From NCBI RefSeq assembly GCF_009914755.1, contig NC_060936.1: 64,000 nucleotides of DNA. The stretch is one strand, 5' to 3'. This stretch comes from the human T2T-CHM13v2.0 reference genome, Homo sapiens. Below the pieces are notes generated by a model that was given only the letters and a program-made list of their open reading frames with translations, ran no database searches and was not told the origin of the DNA. Both the position numbers and the translations under genes were made by a program. Shown piece after piece: positions 12,870 through 26,754 of the stretch; position 1 is the stretch's first letter, and the number at the start of each line of letters is the position of its first letter.

Positions 12870-15800
12870 AGTTTTTATACGAAGATGTTTCCTTTTCTAC
12901 ATTTGGTCTCAAAGCGATTGAAATCTCCAACTGGAAACTGCACAAGTAGGGTGTTTCAAATCTGCTCTGTCTAAAGGAAGGTTCAACTCTGTGAGTTGAA
13001 TACACATACCACAAATAAGTTACTGAGAATTCTTCTGTCGAACATTACATGAAGAAATCCCGTTTCCAACGAAGGCCTCAAGGGGTCCAAATATCCACTT
13101 GCAGACATTACAAACAGAGTGTTTCCAAACTGCTCCATCAAAAGAAAGGTTAAACTCTGTGAGCTGAACACACACATCAAAGAGAAGTTTCTGTGAATGA
13201 TTCTGTCTAGATTTTATAAGAAGATGTTTCCTTTTCTACCGTAGGCCTCAAAGCGCTTGAAATCTCCAGCTGCAAATTCCACAAAAAGGGTGTTTAACAT
13301 CTGCTCTTCTAAAGGAAAATTCAACTCTATGAGTTGAATACACACAGCACAAAGAAGTTACTGAGACTTCTCCTATCAAACATTATATGAAGAAATCCCG
13401 TTTCCAAGGAAGGCCTCAAAGAGGTCCAAATATCTGCTTGCAGACTTTACAGACAGAGTGTTTCCAAACTGCTCCATCAAAAGAAAGGTTAACCTCCTTG
13501 AGTTGAACACACACATCACAAAGTAGTTTCTGTGAATGATTCTGTCTAGTTTTTATACGAAGATGTTTCCTTTTCTACCTTTGGTCTCAAAGCGATTGAA
13601 ATCTCCACATGGAAACTCCACAAAAAAGAGTGTTTCAAATCTGCTCTTTCTGAAGGAAGGTTCAACTCTGTGAGTTGAATACACACACCACAAATAAGTT
13701 ACTGAGAATTCTTCTTTGTAACATTATATGAGGAAATCCCGTTTCCAACGAAGGCCTCAAAGAGGTCCAAATATCCACTTGCAGTCTTTACAAAGACAGT
13801 GTCTCCAAACTCCTCCATCAAAAGAAAGGTTATACTCTGTGAATTGAACGCACACATCACAAAGTAGTTTCTGAGAATGATTCTGTCTAGTTTTTATACG
13901 AAGATATTTCCTTTTCTACATTTGGCATAAAAGCGCTTGAAATCTCCACCTGCAAATATCACAAAAAGAGGGTTTCACACCTGCTCTGTCTAAAGGACAG
14001 TTCACCTCTGTGAGTTGAATAGAGGCAACACAAAGAACTTACTCAGTATTCTTCTTTCTAGCGTTCTATGAAGAAATCCCGTTTCCAACGAAGGCCTCAA
14101 AGAGGTCCAAATATCTGCTTGCAGACTTTACAGACAGAGTGTTTCCAAACTACTCTATGAAAAGAAAGCTTAAACTCCTTGAGTTGAACGCACGCATCAC
14201 AAAGTAGTTTCTGAGAATGATTCTGTCTAGTTTTTATACGAAGATGTTTCCTTTTCTACATTTGGTCTCAAAGCGATTGAAATCTCCAACTGGAAACTGC
14301 ACAAATAGGGAGTTTCAAATCTGATCTGTCTAAAGGAAGGGTCAACTCTGTGAGTTGAATACACACACCACAAATAAGTTACTGAGAATTCTTCTGTCGA
14401 ACATTACATGAAGAAATCCCGTTTCCAACGAAGGCCTCAAACAGGTCCAAATATCCACTTGCAGACATTACAGAGTGTTTCCAAACTGCTCCATCAAAAG
14501 AAAGGTTAAACTCTGTGAGCTGAACACACACATCAAAAAGAAGTTTCTGTGAATGATTCTGTCTAGATTTTATAAGAAGATGTTTCCTTTTCTACCGTAG
14601 GCCGCAAAGCGCTTGAAATCTCCAGCTGCAAATTCCACAAAAAGGGTGTTTAACATCTGCTCTTCTAAAGGAAAGTTCAACTCTATGAGTTGAATACACA
14701 CAGCACAAAGAAGTTACTGAGACTTCTCCTATCAAACATTATATGAAGAAATCCCGTTTCCAACGAAGGCCTCAAAGAGGTCCAAATATCTGCTTGCAGA
14801 CTTTACAGACAGAGTGTTTCCAAACTGCTCCATCAAAAGAAAGGTTAAACTCCTTGAGTTGAACACACACATCACAAAGTAGTTTCTGTGAATGATTCTG
14901 TCTAGTTTTTATACGAAGATGTTTCCTTTTCTACCTTTGGTCTCAAAGCGATTGAAATCTCCACATGGAAACTCCACAAAAAGAGTGTTTCAAATCTGCT
15001 CTTTCTGAAGGAAGGTTCAACTCTGTGAGTTGAATACACACACCAGAAATAAGTTACTGAGAATTCTTCTGTGTAACATTATATGAGGAAATCCCGTTTC
15101 CAACGAAGGCCTCAAAGAGGTCCAAATATCCACTTGCAGACTTTACAAAGACAGTGTCTCCAAACTCCTCCATCAAAAGAAAGGTTATACTCTGTGAATT
15201 GAACGCACACATCACAAAGTAGTTTCTGAGAATGATTCTGTCTAGTTTTTATACGAAGATATTTCCTTTTCTACATTTGGCCTAAAAGCGCTTGAAATCT
15301 CCACCTGCAAATATCACAAAACGTGGGTTTCACATCTGCTCTGTCTAAAGGACAGTTCACCTCTGTGAGTTGAATAGAGGCAACACAAAGAACTTACTCA
15401 GTATTCTTCTTTCTAGCGTTCTATGAAGAAATCCCGTTTCCAACGAAGGCCTCAAAGAGGTCCAAATATCTGCTTGCAGACTTTACAGACAGAGTGTTTG
15501 CAAACTACTCTATGAAAACAAAGCTTAAACTCCTTGAGTTGAACGCACACATCACAAAGTAGTTTCTGAGAACGATTCTGTCTAGTTTTTATACGAAGAT
15601 ATTTCCTTTTCTACGTTTGGCCTAAAAGCGCTTGAAATCTCCACCTGCAAATATCACAAAAAGAGGGTTTCACATCTGCTCTGTCTAAAGGACTGTTCAC
15701 CTCTGTGAGTTGAATAGAGGCAACACAAAGAACTTACTCAGTATTCTTCTTTCTAGCGCTATATGAAAACGTGACAACGAAGGCCTCAAAGAGGTGCAAA

Positions 15801-18800
15801 TATCTGCTTGTAGACTTACAGACAGAGTGTTTCCAAACTACTCTATGAAAAGAAAGCTTAAAGTCCTTGAGTTGAACGCACACATCACAAAATAGTTTCT
15901 GAGAATGATTCTGTCTTGTTTTTATACGAAGATATTTCCGTTTCTATGATTGGCCTCAAAGCGATTGAAATCTCCAACTGGAAACTGCACAAATAGGGTG
16001 TTTCAAATCTGCTCTGTCTAAAGGAAGGTTCAACTCTGTGAGTTGAATACACACACCACAAATAAGTTACTGAGAATTCTTCTGTCGCACATTACATGAA
16101 GAAATCCCGTTTCCAACGAAGGCCTCAAAGAGGTCCAAATATCCACTTGCAGACATTACAAACAGAGTGTTTCCAAACTGCTCCATCAAAGGAAAGGTTA
16201 AACTCTGTGAGCTGAACACACACATCAAAAAGAAGTTTCTGTGAATGATTCTGTCTAGATTTTATAAGAAGATGTTTCCTTTTCTACCGTAGGCCTCACA
16301 GCGCTTGAAACCTCCAGCTGCAAATTCCACAAAAAGGGTGTTTAACATCTGCTCTTCTAAAGGAAAGTTCAACTCTATGAGTTGAATACACACAGCACAA
16401 AGAAGTTACTGAGACTTGTCCTATCAAACATTATATGAAGAAATCCCGTTTCCAACGAAGGCCTCAAAGAGGTCCAAATATCTGCTTGCAGACTTTACAG
16501 ACAGAGTGTTTCCAAACTGCTCCATCAAAAGAAAGGTTAAACTCCTTGAGTTGAACACACACATCACAAAGTAGTTTCTGTGAATGATTCTGTCTAGTTT
16601 TTATACGAAGATGTTTCCTTTTCTACCTTTGGTCTCAAAGCGATTGAAATCTCCACATGGAAACTCCACAAAAAGAGTGTTTCAAATCTGCTCTTTCTGA
16701 AGGAAGGTTCAACTCTGTGAGTTGAATAGAGGCAACACAAAGAACTTACTCAGTATTCTTCTTTCTAGCGTTATATGAAAACGTGACAACGAAGGCCTCA
16801 AAGAGGTGCAAATATCTGCTTGCAGACTTACAGACAGAGTGTTTCCAAACTACTCTATGAAAACAAAGCTTAAACTCCTTGAGTTGAACGCACACATCAC
16901 AAAGTAGTTTCTGAGAATGATTCTGTCTTGTTTTTATACGAAGATATTTCCGTTTCTATGATTGGCCTCAAAGCGATTGAAATCTCCAACTGGAAACTGC
17001 ACAAATAGGGTGTTTCAAATCTGCTCTGTCTAAAGGAAGGTTCAACTCTGTGAGTTGAATACACACACCACAAATAAGTTACTGAGAATTCTTCTGTCGA
17101 ACATTACATAAAGAAATCCCGTTTCCAACGAAGGCCTCAAAGAGGTCCAAATATCCACTTGCAGACATTACAAACAGAGTGTTTCCAAACTGCTCCATCA
17201 AAAGAAATGTTAAACTCTGTGAGCTGAACACTCACATCAAAAAGAAGTTTCCGTGAATGATTATGTCTAGATTTTATAAGAAGATGTTTCCTTTTCTACC
17301 GTAGGCCTCAAAGCGCTTGAAATCTCCAGCTGCAAATTCCACAAAAAGGGTGTTTAACATCTGCTCTTCTAAAGGAAAGTTCAACTCTATGAGTTGAATA
17401 CACACAGCACAAAGAAGTTACTGAGACTTCTCCTATCAAACATAATATGAAGAAATCCCGTTTCTAACGAAGGCCTCAAAGAAGTCCAAATATCCGCTTG
17501 CAGACGTGAAAAACAGAGTGTTTCCAAACTGCTCCATCAAAAGAAAGTTTAAACTCTGTGTGTTGAACACACACATCACAAAGTAGTTTCTGTGAATGAT
17601 TCTGTCTAGTTTTTATACGAAGATGTTTCCTTTTCTACCTTTGGTCTCAAAGCGATTGAAATCTCCACATGGAAACTCCACAAAAAGAGTGTTTCAAATC
17701 TGCTCTTTCTGAAGGAAAGTTCAACTCTGTGAGTTGAATACACACACCACAAATAAGTTACTGAGAATTCTTCTGTGTAACATTATATGAGGAAATCCCG
17801 TTTCCAACGAAGGCCTCAAAGAGGTCCAAATATCCACTTGCAGACTTTACAAAGACAGTGTCTCCAAACTCCTCCATCAAAAGAAAGGTTATACTCTGTG
17901 AATTGAACACACACATCACAAAGTAGTTTCTGAGAATGATTCTGTCTAGTTTTTATACGAAGATATTTCCTTTTCTACATTTGGCCTAAAAGCGCTTGAA
18001 ATCTCCACCTGCAAATATCACAAAAAGAGGGTTTCACATCTGCTCTGTCTAAAGGACAGTTCACCTCTGTGAGTTGAATAGAGGCAACACAAAGAACTTA
18101 CTCAGTATTCTTCTTTCTAGCGTTCTATGAAGAAATCCCGTTTCCAACGAAGGCCTCAAAGAGGTCCAAATATCTGCTTGCAGACTTTACAGACAGAGTG
18201 TTTCCAAACTACTCTATGAAAAGAAAGCTTAAACTACTTGAGTTGAGCGCACACATCACAAAGTAGTTTCTGAGAATGATTCTGTCTTGTTTTTATAAGA
18301 AGATATTTCCGTTTCTATGATTGGCCTCAAAGCGATTGAAATCTGCAAGTGGAAACTGCACAAATAGGGTGTTTCAAATCTGCTCTGTCTAAAGGAAGGT
18401 TCAACTCTGTGAGTTGAATACACACACCACAAATAAGTTACTGAGAATTCTTCTGTGGAACATTACATGAAGAAATCCCGTTTCCAACGAAGGCCTCAAA
18501 CAGGTCCAAATATCCACTTGCAGACATTACAAACAGAGTGTTTCCAAACTGCTCCATCAAAAGAAAGGTTAAACTCTGTGAGCTGAACACACACATCAAA
18601 AAGAAGTTTCTGTGAATGATTCTGTCTAGATTTTATAAGAAGATGTTTCCTTTTCTACCGTAGGCCTCGAAGTGCTTGAAATCTCCAGCTGTAAATTCCA
18701 CAAAAAGGGTGTTTAACATCTGCTCTTCTAAAGGAGAGTTCAACTCTATGAGTTGAATACAGACAGCACAAAGAAGTTACTGAGACTTCTCCTATCAAAC

Positions 18801-19195
18801 ATTATATGAAGAAATCCCGTTTCCAACGAAGGCCTCAAAGAGGTCCAAATATCTGCTTGCAGACTTTACAGACAGAGTGTTTCCAAACTGCTCCATCAAA
18901 AGAAAGGTTAAACTCCTTGAGTTGAACACACACATCACAAAGTAGTTTCCGTGAATGATTCTGTCTAGTTTTTATACGAAGATGTTCCCTTTTCTACCTT
19001 TGGTCTCAAAGCGATTGAAATCTCCACATGGAAACTCCACAAAAAGAGTGTTTCAAATCTGCTCTGTCTAAAGGAAGGTTCAACTCTGTGAGTTGAATAC
19101 ACACACCACAAATAAGTTACTGAGAATTCTTCTGTGTAACATTATATGAGGAAATCCCGTTTCCAACGAAGGCCTCAAAGAGGTCCAAATATCCA
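12870..19195 (+). repeat. Near-identical second copy of 1-~7678, lacking one 1352-bp HOR
   Basis: Shared rare variants: cacaagtagg, aggggtcc, ccaaggaagg, ggcataaaag, gtcgcacatt, ctcgaagtgc, ggagagttc. The identical spurious ORFs 114..311 and 12983..13180 give offset 12869; later markers give 11517. Confidence 0.9.
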
Positions 19196-22100
19196 CTTGC
19201 AGACTTTACAAAGAGAGTGTCTCCAAACTCCTCCATCAAAAGAAAGGTTATACTCTGTGAATTGAACGCACACATCACAAAATAGTTTCTGAGAATGATT
19301 CTGTCTAGTTTTTATACGAAGATATTTCCTTTTCTACATTTGGCCTAAAAGCGCTTGAAATCTTCACCTGCAAATATCACAAAAAGAGGGTTTCACATCT
19401 GCTCTGTCTAAAGGACAGTTCACCTCTGTGAGTTGAATAGAGGCAACACAAGGAACTTACTCAGTATTCTTCTTTCTAGCGTTATATGAAGAAATCCCTT
19501 TTCCAATGAAGGCCTCAAAGAGGTCCAAATATCTGCTTGCAGACTTTACAGACAGAGTGTTTGCAAACTACTCTATGAAAACAAAGCTTAAACTCCTTGA
19601 GTTGAACGCACACATCACAAAGTAGTTTCTGAGAATGATTCTGTCTAGTTTTTATACGAAGATATTTCCGTTTCTATGATTGGCCTCAAAGCAATTGAAA
19701 TCTCCAACTGGAAACTGCACAAATAGGGTGTTTCAAATCTGCTCTGTGTAAGGGAATGTTCAACTCTTTGAGTTGAATAGAGGCAACACAAAGAACTTAC
19801 TCAGTATTCTTCTTTCTAGCGTTATATGAAAACGTGACAACGAAGGCCTCAAAGAGGTGCAAATATCTGCTTGCAGACTTACAGACAGAGTGTTTCCAAA
19901 CTACTCTATGAAAACAAAGCTTAAACTCCTTGAGTTGAACACACACATCACAAAGTTGTTTCTGAGAATGATTCTGTCTTGTTTTTATACGAAGATATTT
20001 CTTTTCTATGATTGGCCTCAAAGCGATTGAAATCTCCAACTGGAAACTGCACAAATAGGGTGTTTCAAATCTGCTCTGTCTAAAGGAAGGTTCAACTCTG
20101 TGAGTTGAATACACACACCACATATAAGTTACTGAGAATTCTTCTGAAGAACATTACATGAAGAAATCCCGTTTCCAACGAAGGCCTCAAAGAGGTCCAA
20201 ATATCCACTTGCAGACATTACAAACAGAGTGTTTCCAAACTGCTCCATAAAAGAAAGGTTAAACTCTGTGAGCTGAACACACACATCAAAAAGAAGTTTC
20301 TGTGAATTATTCTGTCTAGATTTTATAAGAAGATGTTTCCTTTTCTACCGTAGGCCTCAAAGTGCTTGAAATCTCCAGCTGCAAATTCCACAAAAAGGGT
20401 GGTTATCATCTGCTCTTCTAAAGGAAAGTTCAACTCTATGAGTTGAATACACACAGCACAAAGAAGTTACTGAGACTTCTCCTATCAAACACTATATGAC
20501 GAAATCCCATTTCCAACGAAGGCCTCAAAGAGTTCCAAATATCTGCTTGCAGACTTTACAGACAGAGTGTTTCCAAACTGCTCCATCAAAAGAAAGGTTA
20601 AACTCCTTGAGTTGAACACACACATCACAAAGTAGTTTCCGTGAATGATTCTGTCTAGTTTTTATACGAAGATGTTCCCTTTTCTACCTTTGGTCTCAAA
20701 GCTATTGAAATCTCCACATGGAAACTCCACAAAAAGAGTGTTTCAAATCTGCTCTTTCTGAAGGAAGGTTCAACTCTGTGAGTTGAATACACACACCACA
20801 AATAAGTTACTGAGAATTCTTCTGTGTAACATTATATGAGGAAATCCCGTTTCCAACGAAGGCCTCAAAGAGATCCAAATATCCACTTGCAGACTTTACA
20901 AAGAGAGTGTCTCCAAACTCCTCCATCAAAAGAAAGGTTATACTCCGTGAATTGAACGCACACATCACAAAATAGTTTCTGAGAATGATTCTGTCTAGTT
21001 TTTATACGAAGATATTTCCTTTTCTACATTTGGCCTAAAAGCGCTTGAAATCTCCACCTGCAAATATCACAAAAAGAGGGATTCACATCTGCTCTGTCTA
21101 AAGGACAGTTCACCTCTGTGAGTTGAATAGAGGCAACACAAAGAACTTACTCAGTATTCTTCTTTCTAGCGTTATATGAAGAAATCCCGTTTCCAACGAA
21201 GGCCTCAAAGAGGTCCAAATATCTGCTTGCAGACTTTACAGACAGAGTGTTTGCAAACTACTCTATGAAAACAAAGCTTAAACTCCTTGAGTTGAACGCA
21301 CACATCACAAAGTAGTTTCTGAGAATGATTCTGTCTAGTTTTTATACGAAGATATTTCCGTTTCTATGATTGGCCTCAAAGCAATTGAAATCTCCAACTG
21401 GAAACTGCACAAATAGGGTGTTTCAAATCTGCTCTGTCTAAAGGAATGTTCAACTCTTTGAGTTGAATAGAGGCAACACAAAGAACTTACTCAGTATTCT
21501 TCTTTCTAGCGTTACATGAAAACGTAACAACGAAGACCTCAAAGAGGTGCAAATATCTGCTTGCAGACTTACAGACAGAGTGTTTCCAAACTACTCTATG
21601 AAAACAAAGCTTAAACTCCTTGAGTTGAACGCACACATCACAAAGTAGTTTCTGAGAATGATTCTGTCTTGTTTTTATACGAAGATATTTCCGTTTCTAT
21701 GATTGGCCTCAAAGCGATTGAAATCTCCAACTGGAAACTGCACAAATAGGGTGTTTCAAATCTGCTCTGTCTAAAGGAAGGTTCAACTCTGTGAGTTGAA
21801 TACACACACCACAAATAAGTTACTGAGAATTCTTCTGTCGTACATTACATGAAGAAATCCCGTTTCCAACGAAGGCCTCAAAGAGGTCCAAATATCCACT
21901 TGCAGACATTACAAACAGTGTGTTTCCAAACTGCTCCATCAAAAGAAAGGTTAAACTCTGTGAGCTGAACACACACATCAAAATAAGTTTCTGTGAATGA
22001 TTCTGTCTAGATTTTATAAGAAGATGTTTCCTTTTCTACCGTAGGCCTCAAAGCGCTTGAAACCTCCAGCTGCAAATTCCACAAAAAGGGTTTTTAACAT

Positions 22101-25100
22101 CTGCTCTTCTAAAGGAAAGTTCAGCTCTATGAGTTGAATACACACAGCACAAAGAAGTTACTGAGACTTCTCCTATCAAACATAATATGAAGAAATCCCG
22201 TTTCCAACGAAGGCCTCAAAGAGGTCCAAATATCCGCTTGCAGACGTGAAAAACAGAGTGTTTCCAAACAGCTCCATCAAAAGAAAGCTTAAACTCTGTG
22301 TGTTGAACACACACATCACAAAGTAGTTTCTGTGAATGATTCTGTCTTGTTTTTATACAAAGGTATTTCCGTTTCTATGGCCTCAAAGCGATTGAAATCT
22401 CCAACTGGAAACTGCACAAATAGGGTGTTTCAAATCTGCTCTGTCTAAAGGAAGGTTCAACTCTGTGAGTTGAATACACACACCACAAATAAGTTACTGA
22501 GAATTCTTCTGTCGAACATTACATGAAGAAATCCCGTTTCCAACGAAGGCCTCAAAGAGGTCCAAATATCCACTTGCAGACATTACAAACAGAGTGTTTC
22601 CAAACTCCTCCATCAAAGAAATGTTAAACTCTGTGAGCTGAACACACACATCAAAAAGAAGTTTCTGTGAATGATTCTGTCTAGATTTTATAAGAAGATG
22701 TTTCCTTTTCTACCGTAGGCCTCAAAGCGCTTGAAATCTCGAGCTGCAAATTCCACAAAAAGGGTGTTTAACATCTGCTCTCCTAAGGAAAGTTCAACTC
22801 TATGAGTTGAATACACACAGCACAAAGAAGTTACTGAGACTTGTCCTATCAAACATTATATGAAGAAATCCCGTTTCCAACGAAGGCCTCAAAGAGGTCC
22901 AAATATCTGCTTGCAGACTTTACAGACAGAGTGTTTCCAAACTGCTCCATCAAAAGAAAGGTTAAACTCCTTGAGTTGAACACACACAACACAAAGTAGT
23001 TTCTGTGAATGATTCTGTCTAGTTTTTATACGAAGATGTTTCCTTTTCTACCTTTGGTCTCAAAGCGATTGAAATCTCCACATGGAAACTCCACAAAAAG
23101 AGTGTTTCAAATCTGCTCTTTCTGAAGGAAGGTTCAACTCTGTGAGTTGAATACACACACCACAAATAAGTTACTGAGAATTCTTCTGTGTAACATTATA
23201 TTAGGAAATCCCGTTTCCAACGAAGGCCTCAAAGAGGTCCAAATATCCCTTGCAGACTTTACAAAGACAGTGTCTCCAAACTCCTCCATCAAAAGAAAGG
23301 TTATACTCTGTGAATTGAACGCACACATCACAAAGTAGTTTCTGAGAATGATTCTGTCTAGTTTTTATACGAAGATATTTCCTTTTCTACATTTGGCCTA
23401 AAAGCGCTGGAAATCTCCACCTGCAAATATCACAAAAAGAGGGTTTCACATCTGCTCTGTCTAAAGGAGAGTTCACCTCTGTGAGTTGAATAGAGGCAAC
23501 ACAAAGAATTTACTCAGTATTCTTCTTTCTAGCGTTCTATGAAGAAATCCCGTTTCCAACGAAGGCCTCAAAGAGGTGTAAATATCTGCTTGCAGACTTT
23601 ACAGACAGAGTGTTTGCAAACTACTCTATGAAAAGAAAGCTTAAACTCCTTGAGTTGAACGCACACATCACAAAGTAGTTTCTGAGAATGATTCTGTCTT
23701 GTTTTTATACGAAGATATTTCCGTTTCTATGATTGGCCTCAAAGCGATTGAAATCTCCAACTGGAAACTGCACAAATAGGGTGTTTCAAATCTGCTCTGT
23801 CTAAAGGAAGGTTCAACTCTGTGAGTTGTATACACACACCACAAATAAGTTACTGAGAATTCTTCTGTCGAACATTACATGAAGAAATCCCGTTTCCAAC
23901 GAAGGCCTCAAAGAGGTCCAAATATCCACTTGCAGACATTACAAACAGAGTGTTTCCAAACTGCTCCATCAAAAGAAAGGTTAAACTCTGTGAGCTGAAC
24001 ACACACATCAAAAAGAAGTTTCTGTGAATGATTCTGTCTAGATTTCATAAGAAGATGTTTCCTTTTCTACCGTAGGCCTCAAAGCGCTTGAAATCTCCAG
24101 CTGCAAATTCCACAAAAAGTGTGTTTAACATCTGCTCTTCTAAAGGAAAGTTGAACTCTATGAGTTGAATACACACAGCACAAAGAAGTTACTGAGACTT
24201 CTCCTCTCAAGCATTATATGAAGAAATCCCGTTTCCAATGAAGGCCTCAAAGAGGTCCAAATATCTGCTTTCAGACTTTACAGTCAGAGTTTTTCCAAAC
24301 TGCTCCATCAAAAGAAAGGTTAAACTCATTGAGTTGAACACACTCATCACAAAGTAGTTTCTGAGAATGATTCTGTCTAGTTTTTATACGAAGATATTTC
24401 CTTTTCTATATTTGACCTAAAAGCGCTTGAAATCTCCACCTGCAAATATCAGAAAAAGAGGGTTTCACATCTGCTCTGTCTAAAGGACAGTTCACCTCTG
24501 TGAGTTGAATAGAGGCAACAGAAAGAAGTTACTCAGTATTCTTCTTTCTAGCGTTATATGAAGAAATCCCGTTTCCAACGAAGGCCTCAAAGAGGTGTAA
24601 ATATCTGCTTGCAGACTTTACAGACAGAGTGTTTGCAAACTACTCTATGAAAACAAAGCTTAAACTCCTTGAGTTGAACGCACACATCACAAAGTAGTTT
24701 CTGAGAATGATTCTGTGTTGTTTTTATACGAAGATATTTCCGTTTCTATAATTGGCCTCAAAGCGCTTGAAATCTCCAGCTGCAAATTCCACAAAAAGGG
24801 TGTTTAACATCTGCTCTTCTAAAGGAAAGTTCAAGTCTATGAGTTGAATACACACAGCACAAAGAAGTTACTGAGACTTCTCCTATCAAACATTATATGA
24901 AGAAATCCCGTTTCCAACCAAGGCCTCAAAGAGGTCCAAATATCCACTTGCAGACTTTACTAAGACAGTGTCTCCAATCTCCTCCATCAAAAGAAAGGTT
25001 ATACCCTGTGAATTGAACGCACACATCTCAAAGTAGTTTCTGAGAATGATTCTGTCTAGTTTTTATACGAAGATATTTCCTTTTCTACATTTGGCCTAAA

Positions 25101-26754
25101 AGCGCTTGAAATCTCCACCTGCAAATATCACAAAAAGAGTGTTTCACATCTGCTCTGTCTAAAGGACAGTTCACCTCTGTGAGTTGAATAGAGGCAACAC
25201 AAAGAACTTATTCAGTATTCTTCTTTCTAGCGTTATATGAAGAAATCCCATTTCCAACGAAGGCCTCAAAGAGGTCCAAATATCTGCTTGCAGACTTTAC
25301 AGACAGAGTGTTTGCAAACTACTCTATGAAAACAAAGCTTAAACTCCTTGAGTTGAACGCACACATCACAAAGTACTTCCTGAGAATGATTCTGTCTAGT
25401 TTTTATACGAAGATGTTTCCTTTTCTACATTTGGTCTCAAAGCGATTGAAATCTCCAACTGGAATCTGCACAAATAGGGTGTTTCAAATCTGCTCTGTCT
25501 AAAGGAAGGTTCAACTCTGTGAGTTGAATACACACACCACAAATAAGTTACTGAGAATTCTTCTGTCGAACATTACATGAAGAAATCCCGTTTCCAACGA
25601 AGGCCTCAAAGAGGTCCAAATATCCACTTGCAGACATTACAAACAGAGTGTTTCCAAACTGCTCCATCAAAAGAAAGGTTAAACTCTGTGAGCTGAACAC
25701 ACACATCAAAATAAGTTTCTGTGAATGATTCTGTCTAGATTTTATAAGAAGATGTTTCCTTTTCTACCGTAGGCCTCAAAGCGCTTGAAATCTCCAGCTG
25801 CAAATTCCACAAAAAGGGTGTTTAACATCTGCTCTTCTAAAGGAAATTTCAACTCTATGAGTTGAATACACACAGCACAAAGAAGTTACTGAGACTTCTC
25901 CTATCAAACAATATATGAAGAAATCCCGTTTCCAACGAAGGCCTCAAAGAGGTCCAAATATCTGCTTGCAGACTTTACAGACAGAGTGTTTCCAAACTGC
26001 TCCATCAAAAGAAAGGTTAAACTCCTTGAGTTGAACACACACATCACAAAGTAGTTTCTGTGAATGATTCTGTCTAGTTTTTATACGAAGATGTTTCCTT
26101 TTCTACCTTTGGTCTCAAAGCGATTGAAATCTCCACATGGAAACTCCACAAAAAGAGTGTTTCAAATCTGCTCTTTCTGAAGGAAGGTTCAACTCTGTGA
26201 GTTGAATACACACACCACAAATAAGTTACTGAGAATTCTTCTGTGTAACATTATATGAGGAAATCCCGTTTCCAACGAAGGCCTCAAAGAGGTCCAAATA
26301 TCCACTTGCAGACTTTACAAAGACAGTGTCTCCAAACTCCTCCATCAAAAGAAAGGTTATACTCTGTGAATTGAACGCACACATCACAAAGTAGTTTCTG
26401 AGAATGATTCTGTCTAGTTTTTATACGAAGATATTTCCTTTTCTACATTTGGCCTAAAAGCGCTTGAAATCTCCAACTGCAAATATCACAAAAAGAGGGT
26501 TTCACATCTGCTCTGTCTAAAGGACAGTTCACCTCTGTGAGTTGAATAGAGGCAACAGAAAGAACTTACTGAGTATTCTTCTTTCTAGCGTTATATGAAG
26601 AAATCCCGTTTCCAACAAAGGCCTCAAAGAGGTCCAAATATCTGCTTGCAGACTTACAGACAGAGTGTTTCCAAACTGCTCCATGAAAAGAAAGCTTAAA
26701 CTGCGTGAGTTCAACGCACACATCACAAAGTAGTTTCTGAGAATGATTCTGTCT

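Larger units (their letters stand above)
1..26750 (-). repeat. HOR subtype 1, block 1
   Basis: A dimers carry ttgcagacattac, B dimers gctcttctaaaggaaag and ctcctatcaaac, D dimers aaactccttgag. The last D dimer (~26416-26754) is transitional. Confidence 0.85.
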
